DNA of 64,000 nucleotides. Origin: a virus (lineage: Duplodnaviria; Heunggongvirae; Uroviricota; Caudoviricetes). Shown here piece after piece: positions 8,880 to 18,534 of the stretch (the stretch's first letter is position 1; each line of letters opens with the position of its first letter). The notes below the pieces were generated by a model. That model was not told the DNA's origin and ran no database searches. It worked only from the letters and a program-made list of their open reading frames with translations. Made by a program: the position numbers and the translations under genes. Location of the stretch: the IMG/VR virus record IMGVR_UViG_3300032605_000010; one strand, 5' to 3'.

Positions 8880-9251
8880 ATGTACAAACTAAACCAAAAC
8901 TCCACACAAATCACCAGAATTTCAGACGGTGCGAACATTCCCGCTGACCCTGCAAACACCGATTACCAAGCCTACTTAGTGTGGCTAGAAGAGGGCAACA
9001 CGCCAGAACCTGCTGACATACCACCTGTAGTTATACCTGACATCTCAATGCGACAAGCGAGATTAGCATTATTAGCTGATGGTTTACTTGATGGTATTGA
9101 AGCTGCTATGTCTACACCTGAATATAAAATCTGGTGGGAATATTCAACGGTTGTTGAGCGTAATAATCCGCTTGTTGAGCAAGTGCTAGCAACCCTCGGC
9201 AAAAGTAATGCTGAGATAGATCAAATGTTTATAGGAGCATCACAGTTATGA
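8880..9251 (+). CDS. putative tail fibre assembly/chaperone protein (DUF4376-like pattern)
   Basis: [20 protein letters not shown] ... [33 protein letters not shown] resembles fibre-assembly chaperone C-termini; position between fibre genes. Confidence 0.35.
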   Translation: MYKLNQNSTQITRISDGANIPADPANTDYQAYLVWLEEGNTPEPADIPPVVIPDISMRQARLALLADGLLDGIEAAMSTPEYKIWWEYSTVVERNNPLVEQVLATLGKSNAEIDQMFIGASQL

Positions 9252-10423
9252 GTTCTATCGTAGTTGCTGGAGATACCAGCGGTTCAATCACATTACAAGC
9301 GCCTGCAGTAGCAGGGAGTACGGTTTTAACTTTGCCCACAACTTCAGCAACTTTAATCACGGACAGCTCGGGAATATTGAACATAGGCTCAGGTCAAGTC
9401 TATAAAGATGCTTCAGGCAACGTGGGGATTGGGACGAGTTCGCCAACAACAAAACTTACAGTCGCAGGTGCAATAACTATCACGGGTGGATTTGCGCTCA
9501 GAGGCTCATATAGTGCTGGTGCAATAAACTCAAACTTTGCGGCTGGAGATGGAGCTTTAACATCAAACACCACAGGCTACTCCAACACAGCTAGTGGGTT
9601 GGGCGCACTCCAGTACAACACCACAGGCTACTTCAACACAGCTAGTGGGGTGGGCGCACTCAACAACAACACCACAGGCATCTCCAACACAGCTAGTGGG
9701 TTGGGCGCACTCCAGTTCAACACCACGGGCAACTACAACACAGCTAGTGGGCAGAACGCACTCAACGCCAACACCACAGGCTACTCCAACACAGCTAGTG
9801 GGTTGGGCACACTCCAGTACAACACCACAGGCTACAACAACACAGCTAGTGGGCAGAACGCACTCTATACCAACACCACAGGCAGCTACAACACAGCCAG
9901 TGGGTGGAATGCGCTCCTATCAAACACCACAGGCAACTACAACACAGCTAGTGGGGCGGGCGCACTCAACAGCAACACCACGGGGTCAGGGAACTCAGCG
10001 TTTAATCCAATAAATTCAGCAGGTACTTATGCACCTGTGTTTAACCCAACCGTAGAAAACAATCGGTTCTGTATGGGTTCAACTGGGGTGACTAATGCCT
10101 ATATTCAAGTCGCTTGGACAGTCGTATCTGACGCACGTGATAAAACGAATTTTGCTCCAGTCCCCCACGGCTTAGAGTTTGTTAATCAACTTAAACCTAC
10201 TGCCTATCAGTTTAAGGAAAATAGAGAAACTGATGTACCAACTGGTATTGTTAGATATGGTTTTAAGGCACAGGATATACTTGCTTTGGAAGGTGATACT
10301 CCTGTCATTATTGACACAGAGGATTTAGATAAACTTAGATTCAACTCTGATAGTCTTATCCCTGTATTGGTCAATGCAATCAAAGAACTCACTGCTCGTC
10401 TTGAGCTTTTGGAAGGAAAATAA
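9248..10423 (+). CDS. tail fibre/spike with NTTGYxNTASGxGAL tandem repeats and C-terminal peptidase-S74 intramolecular chaperone domain
   Basis: SDARDKTNF autocleavage-type motif followed by conserved C-terminal block ...[17 protein letters not shown]. Confidence 0.65.
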   Translation: MSSIVVAGDTSGSITLQAPAVAGSTVLTLPTTSATLITDSSGILNIGSGQVYKDASGNVGIGTSSPTTKLTVAGAITITGGFALRGSYSAGAINSNFAAGDGALTSNTTGYSNTASGLGALQYNTTGYFNTASGVGALNNNTTGISNTASGLGALQFNTTGNYNTASGQNALNANTTGYSNTASGLGTLQYNTTGYNNTASGQNALYTNTTGSYNTASGWNALLSNTTGNYNTASGAGALNSNTTGSGNSAFNPINSAGTYAPVFNPTVENNRFCMGSTGVTNAYIQVAWTVVSDARDKTNFAPVPHGLEFVNQLKPTAYQFKENRETDVPTGIVRYGFKAQDILALEGDTPVIIDTEDLDKLRFNSDSLIPVLVNAIKELTARLELLEGK

Positions 10424-10425
10424 AA

Positions 10426-10625
10426 TGAATGAAATCACACCAGCACAACGATATACATCAACTATGGACTCAGTAAACCTAATTAATGGTGTTAAGCCTG
10501 CGATGATGACTGATGTGGAATGGGCAGATTGTATCAAAAGAAACAAAGAACACATTGAAATTATGTTGGCTAAAGATTTCTGGACAACTGAAGATTTAAC
10601 ACCTTTTAAGGAAGCTGTAAAATGA
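10426..10625 (+). CDS. small hypothetical protein
   Basis: ATG 3 nt after fibre stop; ORF track entry 10374.. starts further upstream inside the fibre gene. Confidence 0.4.
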
Positions 10626-10951
10626 TTACAAACACTTGGAACATCACAGCACTAAATTGCAACCCTGATGTAAATGGTATGCTTGATTACGTTGTAACAG
10701 CGCATTGGACACTAGCAGCTACAGACGGTACTTACACAGGTTCAGTCTACGGCACAGCATCTTTTGAGGTTGATGAAACTAAACCAAACTACACACCATT
10801 TGCTGACTTAACTTTAGATGAAGTAATTGCTTGGACCAAAGCATCATTGGGTGAAGAACAAGTAGCAGCTTATGAAGCAAACGTAGCAAGTCAAATTGAA
10901 GCTCAAATAAATCCAACAATCGTAACACCACCTCTACCTTGGATTGTATAA
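10622..10951 (+). CDS. hypothetical protein (109 aa)
   Basis: Coupled ATGA overlap with upstream ORF. Confidence 0.45.
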   Translation: MITNTWNITALNCNPDVNGMLDYVVTAHWTLAATDGTYTGSVYGTASFEVDETKPNYTPFADLTLDEVIAWTKASLGEEQVAAYEANVASQIEAQINPTIVTPPLPWIV

Positions 10952-10953
10952 AA

Positions 10954-11109
10954 ATGATTGATTTAAACTTAACAGTACAAGAAATAAACTTAATCCTACA
11001 AGCATTAGGTCAAGCACCTTATATTCAGGTAGCTGAACTTGTAGAAAAAATAAAAGCACAAGCTGTGCCTCAAGTTGAGGCTTTGCCAAAAGAAGAAACT
11101 CCAGAATGA
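10954..11109 (+). CDS. small hypothetical protein (51 aa)
   Basis: ATG 3 nt after upstream stop; below ORF-track length cutoff. Confidence 0.3.
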   Translation: MIDLNLTVQEINLILQALGQAPYIQVAELVEKIKAQAVPQVEALPKEETPE

Positions 11110-11149
11110 ACACCCTCTTTAAACCCACTGATGAGCAGTTGCTAGGCTG

Positions 11150-11463
11150 ATGTATGGTATATCTGCTTTCGCTCAGTCACCTTATGCCTCTTTAGGTGGT
11201 GGGTTTTATGATATTATTGTAAACGAAACTCAAACTTTAACAAATGCCCAATCTGTACTCGCGGCAGTTATATCGCACAAAACGAAACTCAAACTTTAAC
11301 AGACACTGAAGTTGGCGGGTTCCAATACATAGTAAGTGCTATAGAGCCCCAAATACTAACCGATACTAATGTTTCACAGTTTGCTTTCTTAGGTGCAACT
11401 TCTGATGTATTGGTCATAACAACTGTTGAAACGGTATTAGCACACTGTATATATGGAATGTAA
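11150..11463 (+). pseudogene. small gene interrupted by a frame-shifting 59-bp segment flanked by 22-bp perfect direct repeats (aaacgaaactcaaactttaaca)
   Basis: Frame A 11150..11299 (MYGISAF...VNETQTLT...) continues in frame B (NETQTLTDTEVGGFQYIV...YGM*) which has no start codon; removing 11222-11280 restores one 84-aa ORF. Confidence 0.5.
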
Positions 11464-11596
11464 TTAGCATTATAGTTAGTACACAGGCATTCATATCAAC
11501 AAAATCAAAGAAGTTGGAAAGAGCCGTTATAAGAACTTAAAAGTTGATTACAAAAAAGATGGGCAAATTAATTTACCCATCGTATTAAATCAAATT

Positions 11597-12052
11597 TTAG
11601 TTGTCGATTTGGATTTGTAGAGTGTTAGCTGAGAAAGTTGGAGCAGCATCACCAGAGTTTATAGTTTTTGCTTGTGTTAGCTGTCCATAAAATAATGTAT
11701 TTCCTGTTCCTACAGTTGCAGTATCAAGAAGTACGAAAGAATTAGCAATTCCCCAGTTTCCTGTAGGCGCAGGAAATGTTATTGCAACATTATTTGAAAC
11801 AGTACCATTTGAACCCACAGAAGCAACACCTTGAGCATAATTTGTTCCCATCCAACTATTTAAATTTGATGTTAATTGTACTCTTGCATAACTGCCTGTC
11901 GCTGCAAATTCAGTAATATTCGCGCCTGTGTTAGAATCTGTCACAGGTGTTGTTGTTAATGCAACCCAAATGTTGCTTATTGTTGGTAGCGGTTGTCCTC
12001 TAAAAATTGCGTCCACTACTTTGTTTTCTAAATAATCCGACATTGCAGCCAT
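11597..12052 (-). CDS. structural (fibre/receptor-binding-like) protein, S/T/N/G-rich
   Basis: 151-aa ORF; TATAAATA doublet 35-50 nt upstream of ATG. Confidence 0.5.
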   Translation of the reverse strand: MAAMSDYLENKVVDAIFRGQPLPTISNIWVALTTTPVTDSNTGANITEFAATGSYARVQLTSNLNSWMGTNYAQGVASVGSNGTVSNNVAITFPAPTGNWGIANSFVLLDTATVGTGNTLFYGQLTQAKTINSGDAAPTFSANTLQIQIDN

Positions 12053-12085
12053 TTTGTAACTCCTAAATTAAAATTGATTTTATAT

Positions 12086-12103
12086 GTATTTATACTATTT
12101 ATA
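12086..12103 (-). promoter_or_regulatory. T4 late-promoter-like TATAAATA doublet (TATAAATAGTATAAATAC on minus strand)
   Basis: Direct reading; same 18-mer recurs at 36709-36726 upstream of glycine-rich structural gene. Confidence 0.45.
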
Positions 12104-12106
12104 ATA

Positions 12107-12616
12107 TTATATTGCTTTATTAACTGCTATTGAGTTTCCTGATGCTATATCTACAATATTTAATCTACCGTATGGCCATGGAGATGTTACAGTAGTAAAA
12201 GCAGTATTTGAATTCGCAGTAGTAAGTGGAAGAGTTGCTAAATCCACCCAATGTGCTTGATCTGTAGACGCTTGGATTTTAACATTCGCAGTTCCACCAG
12301 TAGAAAATGCTTGCAATATAACACTAGGTGGATTTGTTGTTTTAAATGTAAACGGTTGTTGTGGTCCAGTTAATCCAGAACCAAAATTCGGTGTAATAGC
12401 AACAACTCTAGTACCATCATATTGTTGGTTAGAAAACGCAATTACTGCATTATTTCCAGATACTGATGCGACTGTATCAGCATATCTAGAATCATTATTT
12501 ATGAAATATAATGTTAATGTATTATTCGCTAAAAGATATGGATTTGTGTCGAATACTATCGTAGTATTAGCAGCATAATATGTGCCACTTATGTTTCTAG
12601 AAATCTCAGTAATCAT
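12107..12616 (-). CDS. structural-like protein (169 aa)
   Basis: S/T/N-rich; TATAAATA (plus 12646-12653 as tatttata) ~40 nt upstream. Confidence 0.5.
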   Translation of the reverse strand: MITEISRNISGTYYAANTTIVFDTNPYLLANNTLTLYFINNDSRYADTVASVSGNNAVIAFSNQQYDGTRVVAITPNFGSGLTGPQQPFTFKTTNPPSVILQAFSTGGTANVKIQASTDQAHWVDLATLPLTTANSNTAFTTVTSPWPYGRLNIVDIASGNSIAVNKAI

Positions 12617-12718
12617 TATGTTGATCCTTAGTAAAAATGTTATGTATTTAATACTTATTTATAATAACTAAATAGTCTAAAATGTTAATAAATACAATAA
12701 TTTTAAAGAGGCGATTTA

Positions 12719-15175
12719 ATGACAACAGGTTATTATGAAATAGATTATACTCCTGGAATAACAATAAATTCCAATTTACAACTTGGAAGTAATGTCTCAT
12801 TTAATTTAGATGGAACTTTTAATCTTGATGGTAATCCTGGATCATATGGTCATATATTGGTATCTATGGGAGCGAATGTTGCTCCAACATGGATGTCAAT
12901 GTCCAGCAGTACATTAGCTAATAATTCGATTATATTAGGAACTTCTTCTCTTGTATTAGGAAGTACAATTCCAAGTCTTGTTGGTTTGACTAACTTGGGG
13001 ATTGGGACGAGTAGTCCTCAAGGTAAATTTGATGTTCTTGGTGCAGACGATACCGCTGTTTATTTAAGAAATGCAACTGCAGCAATTAGATTTAGACCTT
13101 ATATTCCGTCAGTTGGGTTTTCACAAATATCAGCAATGAATGGAGCTTTAAACACTTACGCTCAATTAAATATAGGTGGAAGTGTAACTGTATTGGAAAC
13201 TGGAGGCGCAGAACGCATGCGCATCGACTCCAGCGGCAACGTGGGGATTGGGACTAGCAACCCATATAGTGCTGGTGGGTATGGAAATTTAACTCTTAAT
13301 GGCACCACTGGAGGGATATTAAGTTTTAGAGCAAATAATACTACAGAAACGTTTAGGATACAGTCAACTACAGGGTCTACACAAATAGGCACTCAAACAG
13401 CATTGCCAATACAGGTAATGATAAATGCTTCTGAGGTTATGCGCATCGACTCCAGCGGCAACGTTGGGATTGGGACGAGTACAACCACAGCTGACAAACT
13501 TACAATTTCTGCAGGTTCAGGTGGAGGATTAACAGTAGATGCTTATTACCCGACAATTACTCTTTCAAATGGAGGCACCGCTTTATGTAAGATTTTAAGT
13601 GGCGTCCCAGGTGCTCCCGGATTAACTGTTAATTCCTCAAGAGAGGTGACCTTTAACACAGGAAGCTTGACATCACCAACAGGATTTGCGCAATTAGGAC
13701 CTAATGGTGGGATAAACATTGGATACTCCGCCGTAAATATGTACAGTATTCCTGCCAACGGAGCTATTATTGCCGGCAACGTTGGTATTGGATACTCTAA
13801 TCCAAGCGCATATGGAACTTTAGCTGTAAATGGTTCCGGATACTTTTCTGGAGCATTGACCTCAGCATCATTAACATTAGGGACTCCTCTTGGACTATCT
13901 TCTGGTGGTACAGGTGTAACAAATCTTCCTGATCTTAGAACTGAAATATATCCAGGATCACCAACTCCTGGTTATGTATTAACAACAGGCGGAGCAGGGT
14001 TTTTTTATTGGGCAGCACAAACAGGAGGTGGATCAACTCCTGGAACAACAATAAACTCGACTTCATCTGTCACCGCAGCAACAGCAAACCAAGTAGCATT
14101 TACAACTCCTACATATGTTCCTGGAGCAAATCAATTGCGTGTTTATATAAATGGTGTTAGGCAGTTTCCAACAGAATATGTTGAAACAAATAGCACTACT
14201 GTTACATTAAATAATGGTTGTGTTGCTGGTGCTAAAGTATTCTTACAAGTTGATGGATATATTAATAACCCATATACATCTAGTACGGTTTCTTTTGCTG
14301 CGCCTTTTTCTGGAATTTCTTCTGGACAAAATACTGTACAGCTTGCAATTCAAGATTTAGAAATAAGAAAAGCTACAATAGCAGATCCATCTTTTACTGG
14401 TACAGTTACTGCCAACAACACATCTTACACAGGTACGCTTACAGGCGGTACAGGCATACTGAACATAGGTTCAGGTCAGGTTTATAAAGATGCTTCAGGC
14501 AACGTGGGGATTGGTACGAGTAGTCCTTATCCAAACTCTCTTACTTTATCTGGAAATACGTATCCAGTAATGGGATCAGATGGTTCTTTTCTTGGTGGTG
14601 GTGTTTATTGGGATTCTGGATGGAAAAATACAGTAGCATCTCAAGGCGGTTGGGCAATAAGAAACACTAGTGGGGTATTTACTTTATATACTGGAACTAA
14701 TGCTGGTATAGCGGGTAGTATTTCTGCTGATTTTGGCGAAAGACTTAGAGTAGATAATACTGGTAGGGTTACTATGCCTTATCAACCTGCTTTTAATGCC
14801 ACCACTACCACCTCAAATGCCTCAGGAACAGACATTACTTATACTTCGGCAGTGTTTGATATTGGTAGTAATTTAAATTTAGGTACAGGGAGATTTACCG
14901 CACCTGTGGCGGGTACATATTTCTTTAGATATCATCAGTTGGCCAATAATGCAGCTGCTGGCGAATACAGAACTGCTATATATGTAAATGGAGCAGGATA
15001 TGGTGGATTACGATTTATCACACAAAAGGCTGCGAATGTTTGGTGGACTTTAATTGCTGAAGGTCATGTAAAATTAGCCGTAAATGACTACGTTACAATA
15101 AGATTTGAATCAGGTCCAGGTGCTATGTACACTGATGGTAATTATGCCAGTTTTACTGGTCACTTAATAGGATAA
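12719..15175 (+). CDS. long tail fibre (818 aa) with internal SGNVGIGTS repeats and C1q/TNF-like C-terminal domain
   Basis: GTYFFRYHQL ... VNDYVTIRF ... ASFTGHLIG matches gC1q pattern; shares ~70-bp module ([25 protein letters not shown]) with fibre 9248..10423. Confidence 0.65.
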   Translation: MTTGYYEIDYTPGITINSNLQLGSNVSFNLDGTFNLDGNPGSYGHILVSMGANVAPTWMSMSSSTLANNSIILGTSSLVLGSTIPSLVGLTNLGIGTSSPQGKFDVLGADDTAVYLRNATAAIRFRPYIPSVGFSQISAMNGALNTYAQLNIGGSVTVLETGGAERMRIDSSGNVGIGTSNPYSAGGYGNLTLNGTTGGILSFRANNTTETFRIQSTTGSTQIGTQTALPIQVMINASEVMRIDSSGNVGIGTSTTTADKLTISAGSGGGLTVDAYYPTITLSNGGTALCKILSGVPGAPGLTVNSSREVTFNTGSLTSPTGFAQLGPNGGINIGYSAVNMYSIPANGAIIAGNVGIGYSNPSAYGTLAVNGSGYFSGALTSASLTLGTPLGLSSGGTGVTNLPDLRTEIYPGSPTPGYVLTTGGAGFFYWAAQTGGGSTPGTTINSTSSVTAATANQVAFTTPTYVPGANQLRVYINGVRQFPTEYVETNSTTVTLNNGCVAGAKVFLQVDGYINNPYTSSTVSFAAPFSGISSGQNTVQLAIQDLEIRKATIADPSFTGTVTANNTSYTGTLTGGTGILNIGSGQVYKDASGNVGIGTSSPYPNSLTLSGNTYPVMGSDGSFLGGGVYWDSGWKNTVASQGGWAIRNTSGVFTLYTGTNAGIAGSISADFGERLRVDNTGRVTMPYQPAFNATTTTSNASGTDITYTSAVFDIGSNLNLGTGRFTAPVAGTYFFRYHQLANNAAAGEYRTAIYVNGAGYGGLRFITQKAANVWWTLIAEGHVKLAVNDYVTIRFESGPGAMYTDGNYASFTGHLIG

Positions 15176-15179
15176 TAAT

Positions 15180-15455
15180 ATGATATACACAATAGAGTAC
15201 ACAGAAGCAGAAAATATAGCAATGGGTTATGTTACAGCCTCAGTTGATGAATGGATACAAAATGCCGCGCATGAAAGAGCAAGAATTGCTATTGATGAGA
15301 TAGTTAAAATTGCTGTAGAGAAGTTTCTTGAACAAGGCTCTACAATTCCTAGCAGTAAAGAAGAAATTGTTGTAGCGGCATTTACAAATAATTGGGTTCA
15401 AACTGTAGAGCAGAGAAATGCAAACTCAGTTATTGTACCAACTCCTGTTAATTAA
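15180..15455 (+). CDS. hypothetical protein downstream of long fibre (possible assembly factor)
   Basis: ORF 4 nt after fibre stop. Confidence 0.4.
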   Translation: MIYTIEYTEAENIAMGYVTASVDEWIQNAAHERARIAIDEIVKIAVEKFLEQGSTIPSSKEEIVVAAFTNNWVQTVEQRNANSVIVPTPVN

Positions 15456-15502
15456 ATCACTCACAGCCAGATTGGAAGTTTTTGAAACTAAGTAAAACAC
15501 AA

Positions 15503-15700
15503 TTAATGGTGCCAATGATGTCCGTGCCCATATCCATACATCGGATATGATGGATAACTATAAATTCCATAATTATAATTTGGATAAGTATATCTTGGAT
15601 ACGAATATACAGGATATTGATAGCCTACAGAATAATTTGCTGGAACATATGCAGTACAACCTGTAAGAAATAAAACAACGAATAGATTAATTATTTTCAT
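15503..15700 (-). CDS. small Tyr/Pro-rich outer-membrane lipoprotein with His-rich C-terminus (o-spanin-like architecture)
   Basis: Signal peptide + lipobox LTGC; 65 aa; ATGA overlap with upstream gene fragment. Confidence 0.5.
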   Translation of the reverse strand: MKIINLFVVLFLTGCTAYVPANYSVGYQYPVYSYPRYTYPNYNYGIYSYPSYPMYGYGHGHHWHH

Positions 15701-16019
15701 TCTGAATCCTCTGATTCTGTGTCAAGAAGTTCACACAAAGAATTAATGGTAATTTTGACTTTTGTATCAAAATCATCAGAAGTTGACTCTGCTATATTAA
15801 TGCAAGTATTTAGTGTATCCCAATTGTCAATATGTATCATTGATAACATAATGTTAAATTCTCTATTATACATTGCTGATTCTGCAACAATACTTAATAA
15901 TGCATCGGTTTCTAAAATACTTGATTTAAAATCTGTATCATCAGTTGAAATGTCTACAAATTCTCTATCTAAAAGAATCTGTCCTGAATAATCGGTATCT
16001 TTTGTGAACTACCATAACC
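15698..16019 (-). pseudogene. 3' portion of a phage gene interrupted by the IS200/IS605 insertion
   Basis: 106 stop-free codons in-frame directly after the tnpB stop, no start codon, ends with ATGA coupling to lipoprotein gene. Confidence 0.5.
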
Positions 16020-17204
16020 CTAAAGGATTATGGCTTCTTGGGCTGATTCAATACCTTGAATCATATTTCCACAAGCGTTAATTTCCGTAGTTCCTACGGT
16101 ATTGTAAAATTTTAACCCTTCATTTAAAATGTTAATTGAAGCATTTAAATCTCGATCTAATTTTAATCCACAAGAACATTCATATATTCTATCGGATAAT
16201 GTTAAGTCTGATTTTATGTTACCACAACAAGAACATTTTTTACTTGAAGGTATCCATTGATTGATTTTTACAAATTCTTTACCTTGCTTTTTACACTGCC
16301 ATTGTAAATCTTGATGAAATTGATACCAACTCACATCAGCAATGGATTTAGCAAGTTTATGATTTTTAATCATTCCTTGGATATTTAATGTTTCAACAGC
16401 AATCAAATCGTTATTCTTGACTATCGAATATGCGTTTTGTTTGCTAAAATCTTTTCTTTGGTTTTTTACTTTTAAATGTATTTTTGCTAATTTTTTTCTG
16501 GATTTTTCTCTATTAGAAGATCCTTTATTTTTTCTTGATAATGATTTTTGAGATTTTTTTATTTTCTTTTCAGCTTTACGGTAAAATTTTGGGTTATTGA
16601 TTATTTCTGCATCAGATGTTATTGCAAATTCTTTTAAACCAACATCTATACCAATAACAGATTTTATTTCTGTTATAGGTTTTGAAAAATAATCATCAGA
16701 AATTTCTACCAAAATTGAAACGAAATAATTACCAATTTTATCTTTAGATAATGTTAAAGAACCTTTTTTGCCTAATAATTCTCTATGGAGTTTGATTTTT
16801 ATACCAGATTTCATTTTAGGTAAAACTATACGATTACCTTCAAATTTAAATGAAGGGAATCTTATACCCGATTCATCAATCTTTTTTGATTTAAATTTCG
16901 GAAAACCTTTTCTATTTGTTTTACTTTTAAATGATGATTTTAAAGCTGTATCTAAATCTTGACATTTTTGTTGTAAACATTGCGAAGGAATTTCTTTTAA
17001 CCAATTATAATCAACAGAATCTTTTAGTTCTGGTAACATATTATTCATATTATATTTAAATATGAAATTTTTTGTATCATTATACGATTCAATATTTTTA
17101 GACAACATGTAATTCCAGATAAATCTGGCTTGACCTAACCATTGGTTAAGTGTAGCTGATTGCTCTTTATTTGGATAAATTCTGTAATTTTGTCTAATAA
17201 ACAT
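16020..17204 (-). CDS. tnpB: TnpB (IS605 OrfB; RuvC-like nuclease with C-terminal zinc finger)
   Basis: N-terminal OrfB_IS605 pattern; CSCCGNIKSDLTLSDRIYECSCGLKLDRDLNASINI zinc-finger/RuvC-III block. Confidence 0.85.
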   Translation of the reverse strand: MFIRQNYRIYPNKEQSATLNQWLGQARFIWNYMLSKNIESYNDTKNFIFKYNMNNMLPELKDSVDYNWLKEIPSQCLQQKCQDLDTALKSSFKSKTNRKGFPKFKSKKIDESGIRFPSFKFEGNRIVLPKMKSGIKIKLHRELLGKKGSLTLSKDKIGNYFVSILVEISDDYFSKPITEIKSVIGIDVGLKEFAITSDAEIINNPKFYRKAEKKIKKSQKSLSRKNKGSSNREKSRKKLAKIHLKVKNQRKDFSKQNAYSIVKNNDLIAVETLNIQGMIKNHKLAKSIADVSWYQFHQDLQWQCKKQGKEFVKINQWIPSSKKCSCCGNIKSDLTLSDRIYECSCGLKLDRDLNASINILNEGLKFYNTVGTTEINACGNMIQGIESAQEAIIL

Positions 17205-17259
17205 TGTTTTACTAAAAGTTATTATATATACTATTATTTAGTAAAATCAAATTTTCGCT

Positions 17260-17646
17260 ATGACAAACAAAACAGATTTAAATTATCATTTGATAATAGT
17301 AACAAAATATAGAAAACCAATTCTTAGACCTGATATAATGGAATATACAATTTCAATAATAGAACAAGAATTGAAGAAAATTCATTGTGAAATAATAGCA
17401 ATCAATGGCGATGAAAAAAACCATATACATATATTACTCAAGATCAAACCTATGCAATCAATATCGTTGATTGTAAAAATTATTAAACAATATTCAACAT
17501 ATCATGTTTGGCAAAAATTTGGGGTTGACTTAAGACGAGATTATTGGTATAATAATATTTTATGGTCATCAGGATATTTTTGTTGTAGTATTGGAAATGC
17601 GTCAGAAGAAACAATCAAAAATTATATTGAAAACCAAGGAAATTGA
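17260..17646 (+). CDS. tnpA: IS200-type Y1 HuH transposase TnpA
   Basis: HIHIL (HuH) motif and WSSGYF catalytic-Tyr motif; 128 aa. Confidence 0.85.
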   Translation: MTNKTDLNYHLIIVTKYRKPILRPDIMEYTISIIEQELKKIHCEIIAINGDEKNHIHILLKIKPMQSISLIVKIIKQYSTYHVWQKFGVDLRRDYWYNNILWSSGYFCCSIGNASEETIKNYIENQGN

Positions 17647-17699
17647 ACGGCAATTCATCCCTAAACCTAAAGGTATAGGGTTTTCTTGCCGAAAAGATA

Positions 17700-17838
17700 T
17701 AAAAATGTATCGACCTAACCTACGATTTTCTAATTGCGCTCCAAATAGAAATGGAACAACTGTTACATAATCATTCGCCTCAAAAAACCGTTTGTTGTTT
17801 CTATTTTTTTGTATCAAATTTTTAATCTGTCCAAACAT
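17700..17838 (-). pseudogene. candidate 5' portion of the IS-interrupted gene
   Basis: ATG at 17838 with upstream RBS; ORF runs into IS right end. Confidence 0.35.
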
Positions 17839-17934
17839 AATTTATTCCTCATTATTGAAATTAAATATAGTATAACTGATTTGAAAATTAAATACAAGCA
17901 CTTTTTATAAATACTAAAAAACATAGGAATTTGT

Positions 17935-18534
17935 ATGGTAACAAAAGAATTAATACAAAAAATAGCACCAAATGCTCCAGAAAATATAGTTGATATTTTA
18001 AATATTATGTTACCAAAATATGGTATAGATACAAAAGAAAGGATTGCTTGTTTTCTTGGTCAAACTGCACATGAGTCTGGAGGATTTACAAAATTTACAG
18101 AAAATCTTAATTATTCATCAGAAAGGTTGTGTGTGGTTTGGAAAAAAAGATTTCCAACTAAAGCATCTGCAGAACCTTATAATAGAAATCCTGAAAAGAT
18201 TGCAAATAAAGTTTATTCAAATAGATTGGGAAATGGTAATGAAGCTTCTGGTGATGGGTGGTTATATCGTGGCAGGGGTTGCATACAAACTACTGGAAAG
18301 GCCAATTACGAAAAACTAAGCAAAGCTATTGGTAAAGAATTATCAGAGTGTGTGGAGTACTGTGCAACTCTGGAAGGAGCAGTTGAAAGTTCTTGTGTCT
18401 TCTGGAAACAAAACAATCTAAATCGATTTGTTGATTCTAACGACTTTGAAGGACTAACAATTGCAATTAATGGTGCGCTTCTTGGCTACACCGAACGAAA
18501 ACAACTACGAGATTTATCTTTAGGATTATTATGA
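17935..18534 (+). CDS. endolysin, glycoside hydrolase family 19 (chitinase-like)
   Basis: GQTAHESGGF ... YRGRGCIQTTGKANYE catalytic motifs of GH19. Confidence 0.8.
   Translation: MVTKELIQKIAPNAPENIVDILNIMLPKYGIDTKERIACFLGQTAHESGGFTKFTENLNYSSERLCVVWKKRFPTKASAEPYNRNPEKIANKVYSNRLGNGNEASGDGWLYRGRGCIQTTGKANYEKLSKAIGKELSECVEYCATLEGAVESSCVFWKQNNLNRFVDSNDFEGLTIAINGALLGYTERKQLRDLSLGLL

Larger units (their letters stand above)
16000..17700. mobile_element. IS200/IS605-family insertion sequence (divergent tnpB / tnpA) with subterminal hairpins
   Basis: Hairpins CCATAA-ccctaaagga-TTATGG (16012-16033) and CCCTA-aacctaaaggta-TAGGG (17659-17680); boundaries approximate. Confidence 0.75.

Noticed and set aside
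9594-10013. ORF 9594..10013 (+) of [10 protein letters not shown] repeats
   Set aside because: Alternative frame of the NTTGYxNTASG repeat region of fibre 9248..10423; no independent start signals
15719-15991. Plus-strand ORF 15719..15991
   Set aside because: Lies antisense to a much longer stop-free minus-strand frame that is in-frame with tnpB and coupled to the lipoprotein gene; judged spurious
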